Source: Myxococcota bacterium (GTDB lineage: Bacteria > Myxococcota_A > UBA9160 > UBA4427). Taken from it: a stretch of DNA of 47,647 bases. Numbering within the stretch: position 1 is the first letter of the stretch; every line of letters begins with the position of its first letter. Location of the stretch: contig JAYZFK010000042.1 of the NCBI GenBank assembly GCA_036336835.1, positions 1 to 47,647 of the forward strand, given 5' to 3'. The position numbers were made by a program, and so were the translations under genes. Shown here one piece after another: positions 47,090-47,647 of the stretch. The notes below the pieces were generated by a model. The model ran no database searches, was not told where the DNA came from, and saw only the letters and a program-made list of their open reading frames with translations.

Positions 47090-47647
47090 CTAGCCGAGGG
47101 CCGCGCCTGCGTGACTCGCCAGCGTCTCAGCGATATCGCCCGGTGAGCGCGACACCGCGACACCACAGCTCTCGAGCGCGGCGATCTTGTCGGAGGCCTT
47201 TCCCTTGCCGCCTGAGATGATCGCTCCCGCGTGACCCATTCGTTTACCCGGGGGCGCGTGCTGACCCGCGATGAAGGCGGCAACCGGCTTGGTCATGTGA
47301 TCGCGGATGAACTCGGCGGCCGTCTCCTCGGCGGTGCCACCGATCTCGCCGATCATGATCACCGCCCGCGTCTTCGGATCCTCCTCGAACAGTGCCAGGA
47401 GATCGACGAAGGTGCTGCCGATCACCGGATCGCCGCCGATCCCGACACAGGTCGACTGCCCGATCCCAAGCCGCGAGAGCTGGTCCACTGCCTCGTAGGT
47501 CAGTGTGCCCGAGCGCGAGACGACGCCGACTGGGCCCGGCTGCGTGATCTGGGCGGGCATGATGCCGATACGGCACTCCTCTGGAGTAACGATGCCCGGG
47601 CAGTTCGGCCCGACCACACGAGTCGGACAACCGCGCAACGCAGCCTT
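47090..47647 (-). CDS. sucD: Succinyl-CoA ligase alpha subunit (5' end outside window)
   Basis: [26 protein letters not shown] and MGHAGA motifs. Confidence 0.96.
   Translation of the reverse strand, partial: KAALRGCPTRVVGPNCPGIVTPEECRIGIMPAQITQPGPVGVVSRSGTLTYEAVDQLSRLGIGQSTCVGIGGDPVIGSTFVDLLALFEEDPKTRAVIMIGEIGGTAEETAAEFIRDHMTKPVAAFIAGQHAPPGKRMGHAGAIISGGKGKASDKIAALESCGVAVSRSPGDIAETLASHAGAALG

Overview
High-GC bacterial core-genome segment. Gene content and order resemble Myxococcota/deltaproteobacteria (inference from recalled Myxococcus and Geobacter synteny). Most genes lie on the minus strand, in this order along the window: lolE-like, lysS, prfB (programmed +1 frameshift), lnt, ybeY, phoH, DUF4388 protein, TPR protein; rpsT (+); holA, lptE, zinc-ribbon response regulator, a collapsed chemosensory locus, nusB, ribH, ribD, nrdR, glyA, fabF, acpP, fabD, rpmF, yceD; gltX (+); tRNA-Gln(CTG); a methyltransferase plus a GT2 relic (+); a type IV pilin locus (pilD, pilI/H/G-like, two pilins); tRNA-Glu(CTC) (+); a DEDDh exonuclease (+); a kinase, an ICMT-family methyltransferase, a small protein and two ECF sigma factors; ppdK, alpha2-type GlyRS, recO, an HTH protein, a tgl/pilF-like gene; korAB (+); a His-rich membrane protein; sucD. 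I found no CRISPR array, rRNA, transposase or integrase. Main observations: (1) an eroded Che cluster whose CheY has lost its phosphoacceptor Asp and whose cheA is reduced to a 77-aa relic; (2) a recurring sigma28-like CTCAAG-N14-16-GCCGAT motif, mostly upstream of pilus/motility genes; (3) a sigma54-driven tandem ECF pair with a small acidic partner; (4) PPDK with a ~50-aa histone-H1-like basic tail; (5) LolE with a 187-aa multi-TM N-terminal extension; (6) apparent in situ replacement of glyQ/glyS; (7) leaderless promoters, a structured glyA leader and a decayed tRNA copy. All assignments come from manual motif reading; no searches were run.
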